DNA of 64,000 nucleotides from Mobula birostris (GCF_030028105.1 NC_092374.1:32497016-32561015); one strand, 5' to 3'. Counted from the stretch's first letter, positions 13,250 through 26,736 are shown. The notes: a model not told the origin generated them from the letters alone. A program made the numbers and translations.

Positions 13250-14740
13250 AATATGGAGCAGATGGAATTTAATGCAGACAAGCCTATGATGTTGCACTTA
13301 AAGAGGTCAAACCAGGGTAGGGTGAACAGTGAATGGTAGGCCACTGAGGAGTGCAATAGAACAAAGAGATCTGAGAGTACAGATCCATAATTCCTTGAAA
13401 ATGGTGTAGAAAGCTTTTAGTGCATTGCCCTTCATAAGCATTGAGTACAGGTGTTGGGATGTTCTGTTGAAGTTGTATAAGATGTTGGTGAGGCCAAATT
13501 TGGAGTATTGTGTGCAGTTCTGGTCACCTTCCTATGGGAAGGATGTAAATAAGATAGAAAGAGTACAGAGAAAATTTAAAGGACGTTGCTCGGATTGGAG
13601 TTATGAGGAAAGGTTGGATAAGTTGGGGACCTTATTCTCTGGAACATAGGAGAACGAAGGGAGATTTGACAGAGACATACAAAACTTTGAGTGGTAATAG
13701 ACAGGGTAAATGCATGCAGGCAGGTTCCACTGAGGCTGGGTGAGACTAGAACTAAAGGTCATAGGATGAGGGTGAAAGGTGCTAGATTGCAGGGTAACCT
13801 GAGGGCGAACTTCTCAGGTTCCCTTTAAGTACTGAAGGGGATACTGCAAGAATGGAGTGAACTGCCAGTGGCACGGTGGATGTGGATTCGATGGCAACAT
13901 TTTAGCGAGGCTTGGACGGGAGGGGTATGCATGGCTATGGGACAAAGCAGACTAGTAGCTCGGCACAGACTAGGTTCCTGTGCTGTGGTCCTCTGTGATG
14001 CTGGTTGAAAATCTTTTATTAGAATGTGAATAAAAGATTGTCTGTCTAACAAGAAATGGAGAGTAGATATGCATGAATCTTTTCTGTGGTTGGCAAGAGG
14101 GAGCAAATGGTGTGCTGTAGGGATCGGTGCTGGGGCCTCAGTGTTTTACAACTTACATAAATGATGGATGACGTCTTCAACGTTATGAATGCTAAGTTCG
14201 CTGATGACAAAGAGATAGGTAGGAAAGTGAAGAAGACATAAATAGATAGCAAGCAAATTTAGATAGGTTGATGCATGAGCAAATACCTGGAAAATAGACT
14301 GTAATGTGGGAAAAATTGAAATTCTCCATAGATAAAGGAACACAAAAGAAAAACAAATTATTTAAATGATGAAAGAGTTCTGTGGTGTAGAGGGATCTAT
14401 ATAGAATTTGCAAAAGGGTTGCGTGTAAATGCATAAAGTAATTAAGAAAACTAACAGAATATTATTGTTTAATGGAACATAAGAGTAGGGAGTATATGCT
14501 TCAGTTATGGTGCATTGGTGAGATGACATTGGGAATTCTGTGCACACTATTGAAAGAAGAATGTGTGAGAGGCAGTTCAAAGAAGATTTACTAGATTATA
14601 TGCAGGGATGGATTGTCTTATAAGGAAAGGTTAGACATGCTTGGCCTTTATTCCTGAAGTTTAGTACAATGAGAGGGACTTGATGAATTGAAAAAAAAGG
14701 GTAATACACGAAAAAAAGATGAGTATCTTTTTTTCTTTGT
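13250..14740 (+). mobile_element. CR1-type LINE fragments
   Basis: LKLYKMLVRPNLEYCVQFWSP...IERVQRKF; a second, older copy with KFADDK at about 14190. Confidence 0.75.
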
Positions 14741-15278
14741 GGGACTGTGGATCATTTAGACCATGTGACCAATTAATCTACTAATCTACTACAGGAATGT
14801 GGGAGGAAACCAGAGCACTTGGAGGAAACTACCTGCTCATGGGGAGAATGTACAAATTCCTTACAGACAGACCTTTAACCTCACAATCTACCTCATTATG
14901 ACCTCACAGCTTATTGCTTGTCTGCATTGCACTTTCTCTGCAGCTATCACACCACTCTGCGTTACTATTGCTTTCCCTTGTGCTTCCTCACTGCACTGTG
15001 ACATGAATTGATCCATATAAACAGTGTGCAAGACAAGCTTTTCATCTATCTCAGTACGTGTGACAATAATAAAACAGTTCCAATTCTAGGGGAAATTAGT
15101 TTTGAACCCTGAGAGTTGTAGTGGGTACAGACAGATAAGGAGCTGCTCCTCAAGTTCACAGTGGACTTTTCTGGAAGAGTGTTGCCACAAATATCCAGTG
15201 GATCAGGCAGCCTCTGTGCAATAAAAAAGGCCAGCAATTTTGCAGGTTTTTGCTGAGTGTTTATGATATTGATGTGCA

Positions 15279-15292
15279 GCGCCCTCTGCTGG
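15279..15292 (-). promoter_or_regulatory. CTCF-binding motif
   Basis: The minus strand reads CCAGCAGAGGGCGC, a 14/14 match to the consensus CCASYAGRKGGCRS, and retains its CpG. Confidence 0.6.
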
Positions 15293-17944
15293 TGAGCAGT
15301 GTAACTTACAAGTACAAATAACAATTAGAAATGCAGTCTCATGTTAGTCTCATATACTGGTATGATTCGTTGACACTGTAAATATTACAAAGCTATAAAC
15401 ACATACTCTAAGTTAAATATAAATATGAAATATATTTGAGGTCTTTTTGGTACTGCTAATATTTACTTATAATTCTGGAATTTATAACATGAGTTATTAA
15501 ATTTGACTTACCAACTTTATCATAAGAACATAAGTACAATGTTCTTGAGTAGGATCAATCAGCCCCAGAAGATTCTTCCATTCAATAAAATCACAGTTAG
15601 TCCGATTTTGGCCAGAACAGGGATTTCCCATTCTCAACCCATAATCTTCTGTTTCCTTGTCACTGAAATATCTGCCAAAGCCTTATTTTTATTAGAGTCA
15701 ATGACTCTTCCTTCACAGCACTCTGGAATAGAGAACTGCAAAGGTTCACAACCCTGTGGGAGAAGAAATTCCTCCTCAGCTCCTTTGTTATGAAACTATG
15801 TTCCTAATTCCAGATGGCTTGTTGAGGGGAAATATTTTATCAGTAACTATCAGGTCATTCTCCTTCAGAGTCTTAGGTGTTTCAATAAGATCACATTATC
15901 ATGTCTTATGATTCTATAATTCAATGAGATCAGATCCAATTTGTCCATCCTCTCTTCATTTACCCCTTTAGCTCAAGAATCCTAGTGAATCTTTTTTGAA
16001 TGGCTGTGGTTGGCATCTGTCATAATCATCATCATAAGCCTGGGCAGAAGGTCTTCAAGATCCCCCTCTCGGCCTCACCAGTATAGTCCAAAGGAAAGCT
16101 TAAGAAGCAAAATGTTTGACACCAGCTTGGCTGCAGGAGCTGCCAGAAGGATGTTCCATGATATCCAGCAGCCTTACGGGATCCACTCTGGATTTGCTGT
16201 CTGGGTTCACTCCCATAGCCTTTGTCTCTCCTGAGGCTGCACACAAGGCAGTGGGGCTATTTGCCCATAGCTGGGGATCTGGTTCACAAGCACCAGGCCT
16301 GCCCACATGCCGGTGGGCCTGCGTGCTACGTGTGCAGGGGACAGACCTCCTCCCCGTCCTCTGTAGTTCAGACTGAGTCTGTCACCGTGTGTCCCCAGTG
16401 AGGAGGCACTACATGTGGCTTGCTGTTGGAGGGGCTATGTACTGGCAGGGAGAGATTTACACATTCAGCTCTCCTTTTCATGAGGCCACTAGCCAGTGGT
16501 GGAAGCTGAAAGTGAGAGTGACAAGCACTACCCACTTCACTACCACACCAGAGGCATCACGACAACCATTTTGACACCATTTTTTGAATTGCCTCTTCAA
16601 TTTAAGCATATCCTTCTTTAAATAAGAAGATTAAAACTCTGCTTTGTCCACACCTGCAATTAGAAAGAATCAGGCAACATTCAGGCATGTGCTAAGTGGT
16701 AACTTGTGTGAAATGACTACCTCCAACAAGAAAGAGTTTAACCACCTTCACTTGACATTTGTGAAGCTAATATTGCAGATGCTGAAAATCTGAAATAAGA
16801 ACAGAAAGTTTTGACAAGTCACACAACATCTGCTGAAGAAATTGAGTTGATGGTTCAGACACTGACCTTTCATTGGACCTTGTGTTTATATTAGTATTTA
16901 ACGAATTACTGTCATTTATTACCAATATTCACCAGAATGTCAACTGGACTTATGACATAAATGCTGTGGCAGAGCAATAGTTGGGTATCCTGCATCTCAT
17001 TCTGATGCCCATAGCCCTTCCACCATCTACAAGGCACAAGTCAAAAGTATGATGGAATCCTCTTTTTTGCCACGTAAATGAAGCTCCCACAACACTTAAG
17101 AACACCAGCAAGGGCAAGGAGAAGGTAGGCTGCTTGATTTTCACCCCCATCCACCACCCTAAACATTCAGTCCATTCACCAACATCAAGCCTTGCCTGGT
17201 GTGCCTATCTTCTCAGTAACACACTGCATTACTCATCTAGGCATCTCCCCAACAACTAACCTCTACCGGCAAGAAGAGCCAAGGCAGGTGGCACATGGGA
17301 GCACCATCACCAACAATGCCCCTATATCCAAGTTGCATACCTTCCCAACTTGGTTCCTTCATCGCTACTGGGTTGAAGCTCTGCATCTTCCTCCATAACA
17401 TCCTTGAGAAAATCCCTTCGCCAGAAGAAATGCGATTTCTCGTGTGGATGGGCAATAAATGCCAGCCCTGCCTCCGTAATCCAACTCCTAAAAAGTAAAT
17501 TATAAAAAGCAATAACAGTGCAGCTGACAGCAGGAAAATTTGGAGCCTTGATTTTAATTTCTAATTATATGACTCATTGACATTGTAAATAGCACAGAGA
17601 TATGAATAACTTATTCATAAATATTTAATGAATTTCGGGGCAGCAATTTTAACCCATCCTTTTTGACAAGGAGGAGATCAAGTTTGGGTTTAATGCACAT
17701 TTTACACTTGTCCAATTTTACTCTTCATTGAAATTAATGGAGAGCAATTGTGACAGGATGTAAAATGGATGCCTGGACTAAATTTTCTCTGATTCCCACT
17801 GAGTCTAGCTAAAATTGCAGCTTGTGAAAGCTTTTTAATGCCAGGGAAGATGTAACAGCAGAGCTTTAAGGGAAAATTTGAAGGCATGAGCAAAATGATT
17901 AAATGTTCTGTCATTTACAGCGAGGCAAAGGATGGAGGAGGTTC

Positions 17945-18310
17945 AAACACAAACAAGAGAAAATCTGCGGATGCTGGAAATCCAAGCAACGCACACAAAA
18001 TGCTGGAGGAACTCAGCAGGCCAGGCAGCACCTATGGAAAAGAGTCAACAGTCCATGTTTCGGGCTGAGACCCTTCAGCAGGGCTGGAGAAAAAAAAGAT
18101 TAGGAGTCAGAGTAAGAAGTGGGAGGAGGGGAGAAAGAAATACAAGGTAGTAGGTGATAGGTGAAACAGGGGGGTGAAGTAAAGAGCTGGGAAGTTGATT
18201 GATGAAAGAGATGCAGGGCTGGAGAAGGGGGAATCTGATAGGAGAGGACAGAAGGCCATGGAAGAAAGAAAAGGGGGAGGAGCACCAGAGGGAGGCGCTG
18301 GGCAGGTAAG
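17945..18310 (-). mobile_element. Penelope-like element 3' region/pLTR with a minimal hammerhead motif
   Basis: Pyrimidine-rich PLE 3' UTR. Minus strand CAGCC-CTGCTGA-AGGGTCTCAGCCC-GAAA-CATG-GACTG at 18049-18086. Confidence 0.75.
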
Positions 18311-18559
18311 AGATAGATAGGATGGAGGAGGTAGTATCTAGGAATGAACAATGGGAGATTAAAACAGGGAGAGACAGAAAAAAAGTAGGAAGTGAGAGGA
18401 ATGAAGGAAAATTAAGAAAGAGATGGAGACATGGAGAAAGAAGCCCAAGAAGGTGGAAAGGCAGCAAAGGTTTGCATTTGTATACCTCTTTTCTGATCTC
18501 AATGTCCGATTGTACATTAGAAACAGTTCAGTAATGTTTTAAAGACTGATTGGTGTTGT

Positions 18560-19120
18560 AGGGTGGTACAAGTAGCATTGTGGTTAGCGTGATCCTTTAG
18601 AGCACCAGTGACCTGGGTTCAATTCCCGCTGCTGTCGCATGGGGGTTGTACATTCTCCCCGTTACCACAAACAAGAGAAAATCTGCAGATGCTGGAAATC
18701 AAGAAACACACAACAAAAGACTGGAGCAACTCAGCTGGACAAGCAGCATCTATAGAAAAAAGTACACAGTCGACATTTTGGACTGAGACACTTCGGGCTG
18801 AGACTTGATGAAGGTTTCTCAGGTCAAAATGTTGACTGTTTGCTCTTTTCCATAGATGCTGCCTGGCCTGCTGAGTTGCCCCAGCATTGTGTGTGAATGA
18901 CTCCTTGCGACCCTGTGGGTTTCCTCCAGGTGCTCCTGTTTCCTCCCACATTCCGAAGTGGTATGGATGACGCTGTGAATGTGCTATCTTCATGCCAGAG
19001 GTGTGGCAACACTTGCAGACTGTCCCCAGCGTGACTATGTTGGTCGTTGATGCAAAACAATGCACTTCACTGTAGGTATGATTTGATGTTTCAATGTGCA
19101 TGTGCCAAATAAAACTAACG
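18560..19120 (+). mobile_element. tRNA-derived V-SINE interrupted by a PLE hairpin (about 18667-18897)
   Basis: A-box-like TAGCATTGTGG, B-box GGTTCAATTCC. The V-domain is split by an inverted PLE insert and resumes at GTGGGTTTCCTCCAGGTGCTCC. Confidence 0.8.
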
Positions 19121-20226
19121 TTAGCAATGCGAGAAAAATGTGCTAAATTATTGGGGAAACATTGCTGCTGTTAGTGGACATTTCTAGGTACTTGATCTTC
19201 CTTCTTTCCTTGAAATGAAACTGCTGAGCAGTGACCTGATGTTTATGACTGATATCAAGAAATCCTGACTCTCATAAGAACTGTTCAAGAGAGGAAATGT
19301 GCCTTTGGACAGACTTGAGATTTTTTTAAAATGTGATTTTTAAACCAAGCATTTTAAAATTCCCCGCAGAGGGGAATTTTACATTTGCTAGAAAAATAAC
19401 AAAGATAAGCTCAATGCATTTCTTCATCCGTTTCAGCAATGTTTGTGCAGGATTAGGTCCAATATTCACACATAGAAATTTGCATTGGATATCAATCAGG
19501 TTTTCCCTCACTTACTCAGAACATAGAACATAAAACAGCACAGTACAGGCCCTTTGGCCCATGATATTGTACTGAACTAATTAGCTAATGATGTCTAATT
19601 AAACTATTCCCTTCTTCCTGCACACAGTCCATATCCCTCCATTCTCTCCACATTCGAGGGCCTATCCGAGAGACTCTTAAACAACTCTATCAAATTTGCC
19701 TCCACCCTTGGCAGTGCATTCCAGACACCCACCAATCTCTGTGTAAAATAATTGCCCATATATCTCCTTTGAACTTACTCCTCTCACCTTAAACGTTTGT
19801 CCTCAGTGGACTGGGCCGTAATCAAGGACTCATCAGAGGACCTGAATGAATACACCACGGTTGTCACAGACTTTATAAAGCTGAGTGTGTCCCACAAAAT
19901 GATTCTGAGTCTTCCCCAACCAGATACTCTGGTTGAGACAAAAGACTGGAAACCTGCGGAGGGCTAGATCGGTGGCATTCCGGGCAGATGATTCAGGAAA
20001 GTACAAGAGGTCCAGACCTGACCTCCAGACAATTATAATGCATCTAAAGTGAATTTTTAGAATATTTAACACAATGGTTGATGTAGAAAAACTTTACCCA
20101 CATTAGACTGCATTAGGGTAGAAGGAATGCAATTGCAAATGTTAAGTTAATAGTCAGCTTCCAATGATTTAGTATTAGTGGATGGTCTAGCATTGAAAAT
20201 TAAAATAAATCTGTAGACCCAAATCA

Positions 20227-21260
20227 ACACACACAAAATACTGAAGGAACTCAGCAGGTCAGGCAGCATCAATGGAAATGAATAAAAAGGTGACATTTCA
20301 AGTCAAGTTTATTGTCATTTAACTACTTACACGTATATAATGTATACAGGAACAAGGCAACGTTTCTTTAAACCAGGCTGCAAACATATCACACGATAAC
20401 ATGAAGGTAAGGATAAAATCTGCAGATAAATCACACATAAATAACAAACTAAAGGGCATTAATATTAAATAGAACAGATTAACCAGGGACACATTAACTG
20501 TGATGCAGCGGGGCCGACTATTAACTAATGGCAGGCAGGAAGAAACTGCTTCTCATCCTGACTGTTTCTGTTTTTATGCATCGTAGTCTCCTGCCTGATG
20601 GTAGAAAGTCAAAGAGGATGCTGGATGGATGGGTGGGATCCTTGATAATACCAAGAGCCCTGCGAACACAGCGCTCCTGATAAATGTCCCCGCTGGATGG
20701 TAGGGAGACCCCTATGATCCTCCCGGCTGTTCTCACAGTCCTTTGTGGGGCTTCAGGTCCCACACTGGATTGCTCCCATTCCAGATGGAGATGCAACTTG
20801 TCAGGATGTTCTCAATGCTGCTCCTGTAAAACACAGTTAAGAGGGGGGGTGGGAGCCTTGCTTGCCTCAAACTTTTTAGGAAGTGGACGCGTTGCTGTGC
20901 CTTCTTGTTCAGGGAGGTGTTATTATGGGACCAGGTGAGGTCACCTGTGACGTGAAGGCCAAGACCTTTCATCAGGACTGGAACGGAAGGGGGAAGATGC
21001 CAGAATAAAAAGGTGGAAGGAGGGGAAGGAGGACAAGCTAGAAGGTGATAGGTTAAGGCAGGTGGAGGGGAAAGGTCAAGGGCTGGAGAAGAAAGAATCT
21101 GATAGGAGGGGAGAATGGACCATAGGAGAAAGGGAAGGAAGAGGGCACCCAGGGAGAAGTGATAGGTAGGTGAGAAGAGATGCAAGTTCAGAGTGGGAAA
21201 TAGAGGAAGGGAGGATTTTTTTTTACAGGAAGGAGATATCAGATTGAAGGCTACCCAAAT
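20227..21260 (-). mobile_element. Penelope-like 3' region split by a Rex1-type LINE (20300-20955)
   Basis: PLE UTR at 20956-21260 with CAGTCCTGATGAAAGGTCTTGGCCT; continuation GAAATGTC at 20292-20299. The insert encodes KKAQQRVHFLKSLR...FYRSSIENILT...FLPSGRRLR and has a (CTTGA)n tail. Confidence 0.8.
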
Positions 21261-21496
21261 GGATTATAAGGACCAACATGTCAGAACGGGGGCACAAGAG
21301 GAGGCCAGACCCTTATGTGTCTATTTGGCTCAATTAACTGGCCCTACTTCTGACCTGCTACTAATTCAATTACAGTTTCACTAAGGGTAAAGATTTGAAA
21401 AGGAGAAGGGAGTACATGTGCTAAAACCACATATGAGTGAAACTCAATGGGCCTGACTAAAAGCATGACATTTAGCGTGAGCAAATTTCCTCTTAC

Positions 21497-21793
21497 GTCA
21501 TGAAAGTGTGGTACCATTTGTTCATGTCTCAATGCTATTTGACAAGAAGATAGATAATATTTCAGGGATGATCTGAGAAAGTCCAGCAGAATTTCTTTGG
21601 GAACTTGAGAGGATTGTTCTGACGATCCAGTATCTCTTCCACTGATGTTATGATGGACATAATGGAAAGTCCCTGGAGGAGTCCACACTGGAAAGCATGT
21701 CAGTCAGCCCACGGTGGTAAGCAGTGATCCAGAACTTGTCTGGAAATGAGCTAGCAGGATATCTTGGCATAAGTGACGTTAGGTTCAGGATAT
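21497..21793 (-). pseudogene. Pseudo-exon of the antisense decayed gene
   Basis: tttctatag|A...AC|gtaaga; 297 nt. The phase 2-2 frame reads YPEPNVTYAKISC*LISRQVLDHCLPPWAD*HAFQCGLLQGLSIMSIITSVEEILDRQ..., with 5 stops. It joins in frame to the 22166-22106 exon (SGLIRKATEYLECGKKLVEK). Confidence 0.55.
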
Positions 21794-24700
21794 CTATAGA
21801 AACATGGAAGATGCAGACTCAGCCAACTACCTATACTTACATTTCCCATTGAGAAGGACTGACAAACTTCCCTCTACACCCAAGAGACACCCACAACAAC
21901 AGAGATCCCTTCCCAAACCTCCAGCTGACCTCTACTTTCAAAAGATTTATTAAACGGATTTTAAAGTTGTTGATAGTTCAAGCACATTACTACAATTAAA
22001 AAGCTCTTGAAAGTACTTTAACAACTCATAAAATGTTAAAAAAAATGAAAACATTAAAATGAAGTAAATTAAAATAAGCAGTCATCCATCCACTTTTTTT
22101 TTTACTTTTCAACAAGTTTCTTGCCACATTCAAGATATTCTGTGGCTTTTCGAATTAACCCAGAACCTGAAATACAATCAAAATGCTGGAAATACCTGTT
22201 TATTTTGTCAGTAGGTAGAAGTGCTGGTAGAGAGAGTTTTAATTAAATATGCTGTTCTACATGGACATTATGGCATATTCCCATGCCCCATTCTATTTGG
22301 TCTTATCAGTCTTCTGTGCTTTTGATGCAAATCATTCCAATACCATGAGGTATAGTTGGCAAATTTGTTCATTTTCTGACATAAAGAGAGAATTGAACTA
22401 TGGACTTCTGTAAAAATGGAACCTGTTCATTATTCAAGGATTCAAAATACCAGCAACTGCTGTTTTGTGAATCTCATAGTCCTGGCACACTTTTCTTCCC
22501 CCCGATCCCCAACCCTCTCCCCATCTACATCTCCTCCAATCGAACCAGCTGCAGATTACAAGCCTTCGCTCTCTTCTGCCTGCTGACATCGCTGCCACTT
22601 ACAGCTTTCAGTCTCTCTTGGTCACCTGATCGCAGACATTCCCTATGTTCTCTCCATCTTCTGCCTTCCTTGCCATATTAACATGCTCGCTTCCTGGAAT
22701 CTTGAGTCCCTTGGTTTCTCCTGAGAGCACCTGACCTCAATATTGCCAGCACTTCCTGTTTTTTATGCCCGGTTTCCAGCACCGGTAATTTCATTGTTAA
22801 TTTTCCTGTTTGGAACCGGCAATAAAGAAAAGGGCCTAAAGACTACAGTTGAGTTATTTATTTTCTTCATTTCCTATAAGGGTGATGCCAAGTACCAAGA
22901 TGCTAACTCACCTGTCATGATTAAAACAAAACAAATGGAAATCCAATTCCATTTTTTGCATTTTTGCCAAATTTAGGAAACAGTGAATATGTGATGTATG
23001 AATTTTACCATGAATCATGTTATATTAAAATTCTCCTGTGCATTGAAATAACAAAATGGAATCTAACTTGACTCTCATGGTGATATATGAAACTCCATGA
23101 ATATTTCTGCATATTTATCAGTGGAATAGTGCCCATCACTAATCCTCCTTCTGCCACAAGTTCAGGAGTGGGGATATTTGCCAATAATTTACCCACAACC
23201 CTGTGTACTCTTACCTTACCAAGACAGGTTTATATTTCTGAAGCTGCCTGGTGCACACCTTCAAAATTCAAAGTAAATTTAATATCCATGTACATCTATG
23301 TCACCCTGGGATTCAATTTCTTGCAGGCACTCACAAAGAAATACAACAGAATCAATGAAAACTTGCACATGAAGACTGACAAATAACCAATCTGCATAAG
23401 AAGACAATCTGTGCAGATACAAAAGAAATAAGTAAGTAATACTGTAAACATGAGTTGTAGAGTCCTTGAAAGTGAGTCCATAGGTTGTGGAATCTGTTCA
23501 GTGTTGAGGTGAGTGAAGTTATCCACGCTGGTTCAGAAGCCTGATGTCTAAAGGGTTATAACCTGCAAGTGATGGTATTCCTTTGAGCTTGTTGCCCTTA
23601 TTCTCCTTTATGTTGGCATGGCAGGTGCAGGAAGCTGTCTGAGTAGTTACAGAGGGCAGTACATTTTGTAGATAATACATACCGACCCCACCGTGCGCTA
23701 TTTGAATGGTTAGGGTGGTGGATAGATAAGTCTACTAATGTGGCACATCCTGGGAACTCCCAAGGTAGACTCAGCGTATCCCCAGAACCAAGAAGGTTAT
23801 TGTGGAGGCCAGAGGGCGGAAGTAGAAGTCGACTCTGCTCCTCACCATACTCTCAGAGCCACAAGTCCAACTAGATGCCAGTCCAGAGGGAGGGGGAGTA
23901 GGGGTGAAGCCAAGGCAAAAATAAGGCTGGGACCAAAGAACAGACCTGAAATTGATTGCAATTTCATGGTGCTCTTTGATCATAAGTGAGGCAGGAAGCA
24001 GCCACTTGGCCCTTTGTGCCTCCTCCCCCATTTATCAAGATCATATACTGTCCATTATATTTATATTATGTACTGTAGCATATCTTTCCTTTATCCCTCA
24101 GTATCGAAAAATCAATTGAAGTCTGCCCTGAATATACTTGCAATTGAGAGTCCACAGCCCTCTTTGTTAGAGAATGCCAGGGGCTGACTACCCTCTAGCT
24201 GAAACAATTTATTCTCTTCTTTGTCCTGAATGGCTAATCCTTTAGATTGGGACTGTAATCCATGGCTGGGGGAGATATCAACCCAGCATTCACTCTGTCA
24301 AACCCCTTAGGAAAATTACATGTATCACCTCTCACTTTCCCAAACTCGGAAGAATATCAACCTCTCTCCTCAGAGGACAATGTTGTCATCCTAGCAAAGA
24401 GTTGGTACAAGCATAAAGAGCAGTAACTTCTCTACAGTGGCCTCCCTCCCATGGAGACATATACAAACTTGATGTTGGATGGAGGGTGGGGGTTATTGAC
24501 AGGGGATTGAAGAAACATGTTTAACTTATTTATCTAGGGAAGTAGGAACAGAGAGCTTTTTAAAGAAAAGTCCCCTATTTTTTTTCCATTTTCTGAATGG
24601 TTTGTAAAAATAAAATGTGTTTCCTATGAGTGACCCTTAGATGTGGTTTGGATTATAGATCTGGCCATCCCTACAAAAATGTTGCACACCATTGTTGAAA

Positions 24701-25904
24701 TCATGACTATTTTCAAATGTACGCTCCGAGGTTGGCCTGTGGATGGCTACTCTTTTAAATCATCTGTGCTACGCTCACTATATTCCACAAATATTTACAG
24801 TTACGTCCAAAAACATATGCTTGATTCAGAAGCAGATGGGAGGGTGAAGACCTGGTTCGAGCTCTTGGCAGACAGGTTGTAAATCTGTAACTGGTAATGG
24901 TTTTGTGTGATGGACTGCTGGTTTCAGGATAAAATCGCTGACCAGCCGAACTCCCTGAGCAAAGCTGCAGTATCACATGCTCCCCGCAGATTAGTCCATA
25001 ATGTCAATGGGAAAGAGAGTTGAGCTGATGTCCAATACCTTCTGACTGGCTACAGCTCATCTTGTTCTACAACCCATGGCAAAATCTAAATCCTCATCAA
25101 ATTCACCCAGGTAACCCAAAGGAGATCAATTGATAGCATCATACACAAAGTGCTGGAGGATCTGAGCAGGTCGGGCAGCATTCGTGGAAAAGGGTAGACA
25201 GTCGATGTTTCTGGCCAAGGCCCTTCTTTAGGCCTGACATTTCATTTCATTACTTTACTAAGTTCATTCTTCAAACAGCCTTGAAGAGGAAGTGCAAAAA
25301 TCTAACATTGACACATCCTTTTCAAATCTTCTGTGGTATTTATAAACCCTATTTTGCTTATTCTAATGTTGTATTAGAGTGTAGAATTGTTAGTTTTCTT
25401 GTATTTTCCTTGTGGTTTGACTTTCCTGTGCTTGCTTGTATTTTTACATAATCATCTACAGTATATACACATTCAGTGAATTTTCCAGCAATTGTGGTAC
25501 AGTTGCTTCTGTATTTTTCTAGAAGCTTCTTAGTTTTCAGCAGCAGGTGTCACACCACTTGAATCTAGCTACTTTGTCACTTGAATTTTGTTTCCTCTGA
25601 GTATGAGACGACCACGATTACTTTTTCCTTTGGTTCTTGTGCTTTATTCACTCAGCTCCTCTTTCTTGTTCATTTTCTGCTCTTTTAGCACTTAACAAAA
25701 TGGCTGTAAGCAACAAGTTTTATGCCTCATTCTTGACTTCCAAAGCACCTTTGGATCACAAAAGTATCAGGGTCCAAACTCTTTGGAAGTAAGAGAGGTG
25801 ATCTCTTTGAAATGTTTAAAATTCTCACAGGGCCTTGACAAGGTAGATTTAGGAATAATGTCTGAGCTGAACTGTATGTTTAGAAACAAAGGGTAACAAA
25901 TTCT

Positions 25905-26310
25905 GTAGCAAGTAGTAGTAGTAATGTAATCACCTGCATTGAGTTTGATGTCCTCCCAAGGGCTTACTGCCTTAATGGAGAATGACTGTGCGTGACTTTG
26001 TTTAACGTAGGGAAACTGATGCAGACACCACATCATCCTTGACAGATTGGGGTCAGGTCCCAGTGGAATTGCACCCAAGATGACAGGGGATCCTTCACGG
26101 CTGCAGCCCTCACCGCCGTTATGATGCATCATCATCCTCCACCCGCTCCACCACTGAGTCCCTGGTTGGATCGCTCTTGTCTGGAGACTCCCCCTTGACC
26201 TCACGGCCACCCTACCAGGAGCGAAGCTCCGGGCAGCCATTGCTCTTAGGTTCTCGGCAACTCGCGTGCCTCTCCACCGTGACAAAGTAACCAGCCTCGG
26301 AGAGGTCTGT
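25905..26310 (-). mobile_element. RTE-clade-derived non-autonomous element
   Basis: The minus-strand 5' part (CTTTGTCACGGTGGAGAGG...CCTAAGAGCAATGG...CCTGGTAGGGT) resembles recalled RTE/Rex3/BovB 5' UTRs. (TAC)n tail; no ORF. Confidence 0.55.
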
Positions 26311-26736
26311 AGCAAGTAGGACAGAGATGGGAGACCATCCCTTTTCCTCCAAAGATGCTGCCTGGCCCAATGAATTCCACCAACTCCAGCTTTCCACCGT
26401 CGGTGGTCTTCTACATCTCTAGCTTGCGGAAATGGGAGGAAATTTTCTTCACCCACCAAGTTCAGAGTCTTTGGAATTCCCTACTCATGAGGACTGCGGA
26501 AGCGTGGATGTTGAGTATATCTAAGAGATAAGTTTATAGTTTTGAATATTAAGGGAAGCAGGGGATATGGAGTTAGTGCAAGAACATGCTGCTGAGTTAA
26601 AGATCAACCAGCATACTATTGAACAGCAGTGCCAAATGATATGCTCTTGTTTCCCTTTCCTAGGTTATGTCTGTAAATGTACATTTTTATCTGCCATGAC
26701 AACATAATGCCTTGGTTAAGGTTTCTACTGCTATGC

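Noticed and set aside
25767-26459. 230-aa minus-strand ORF
   Set aside because: It runs across CR1, PLE and RTE-derived fragments; a chance chimeric frame.
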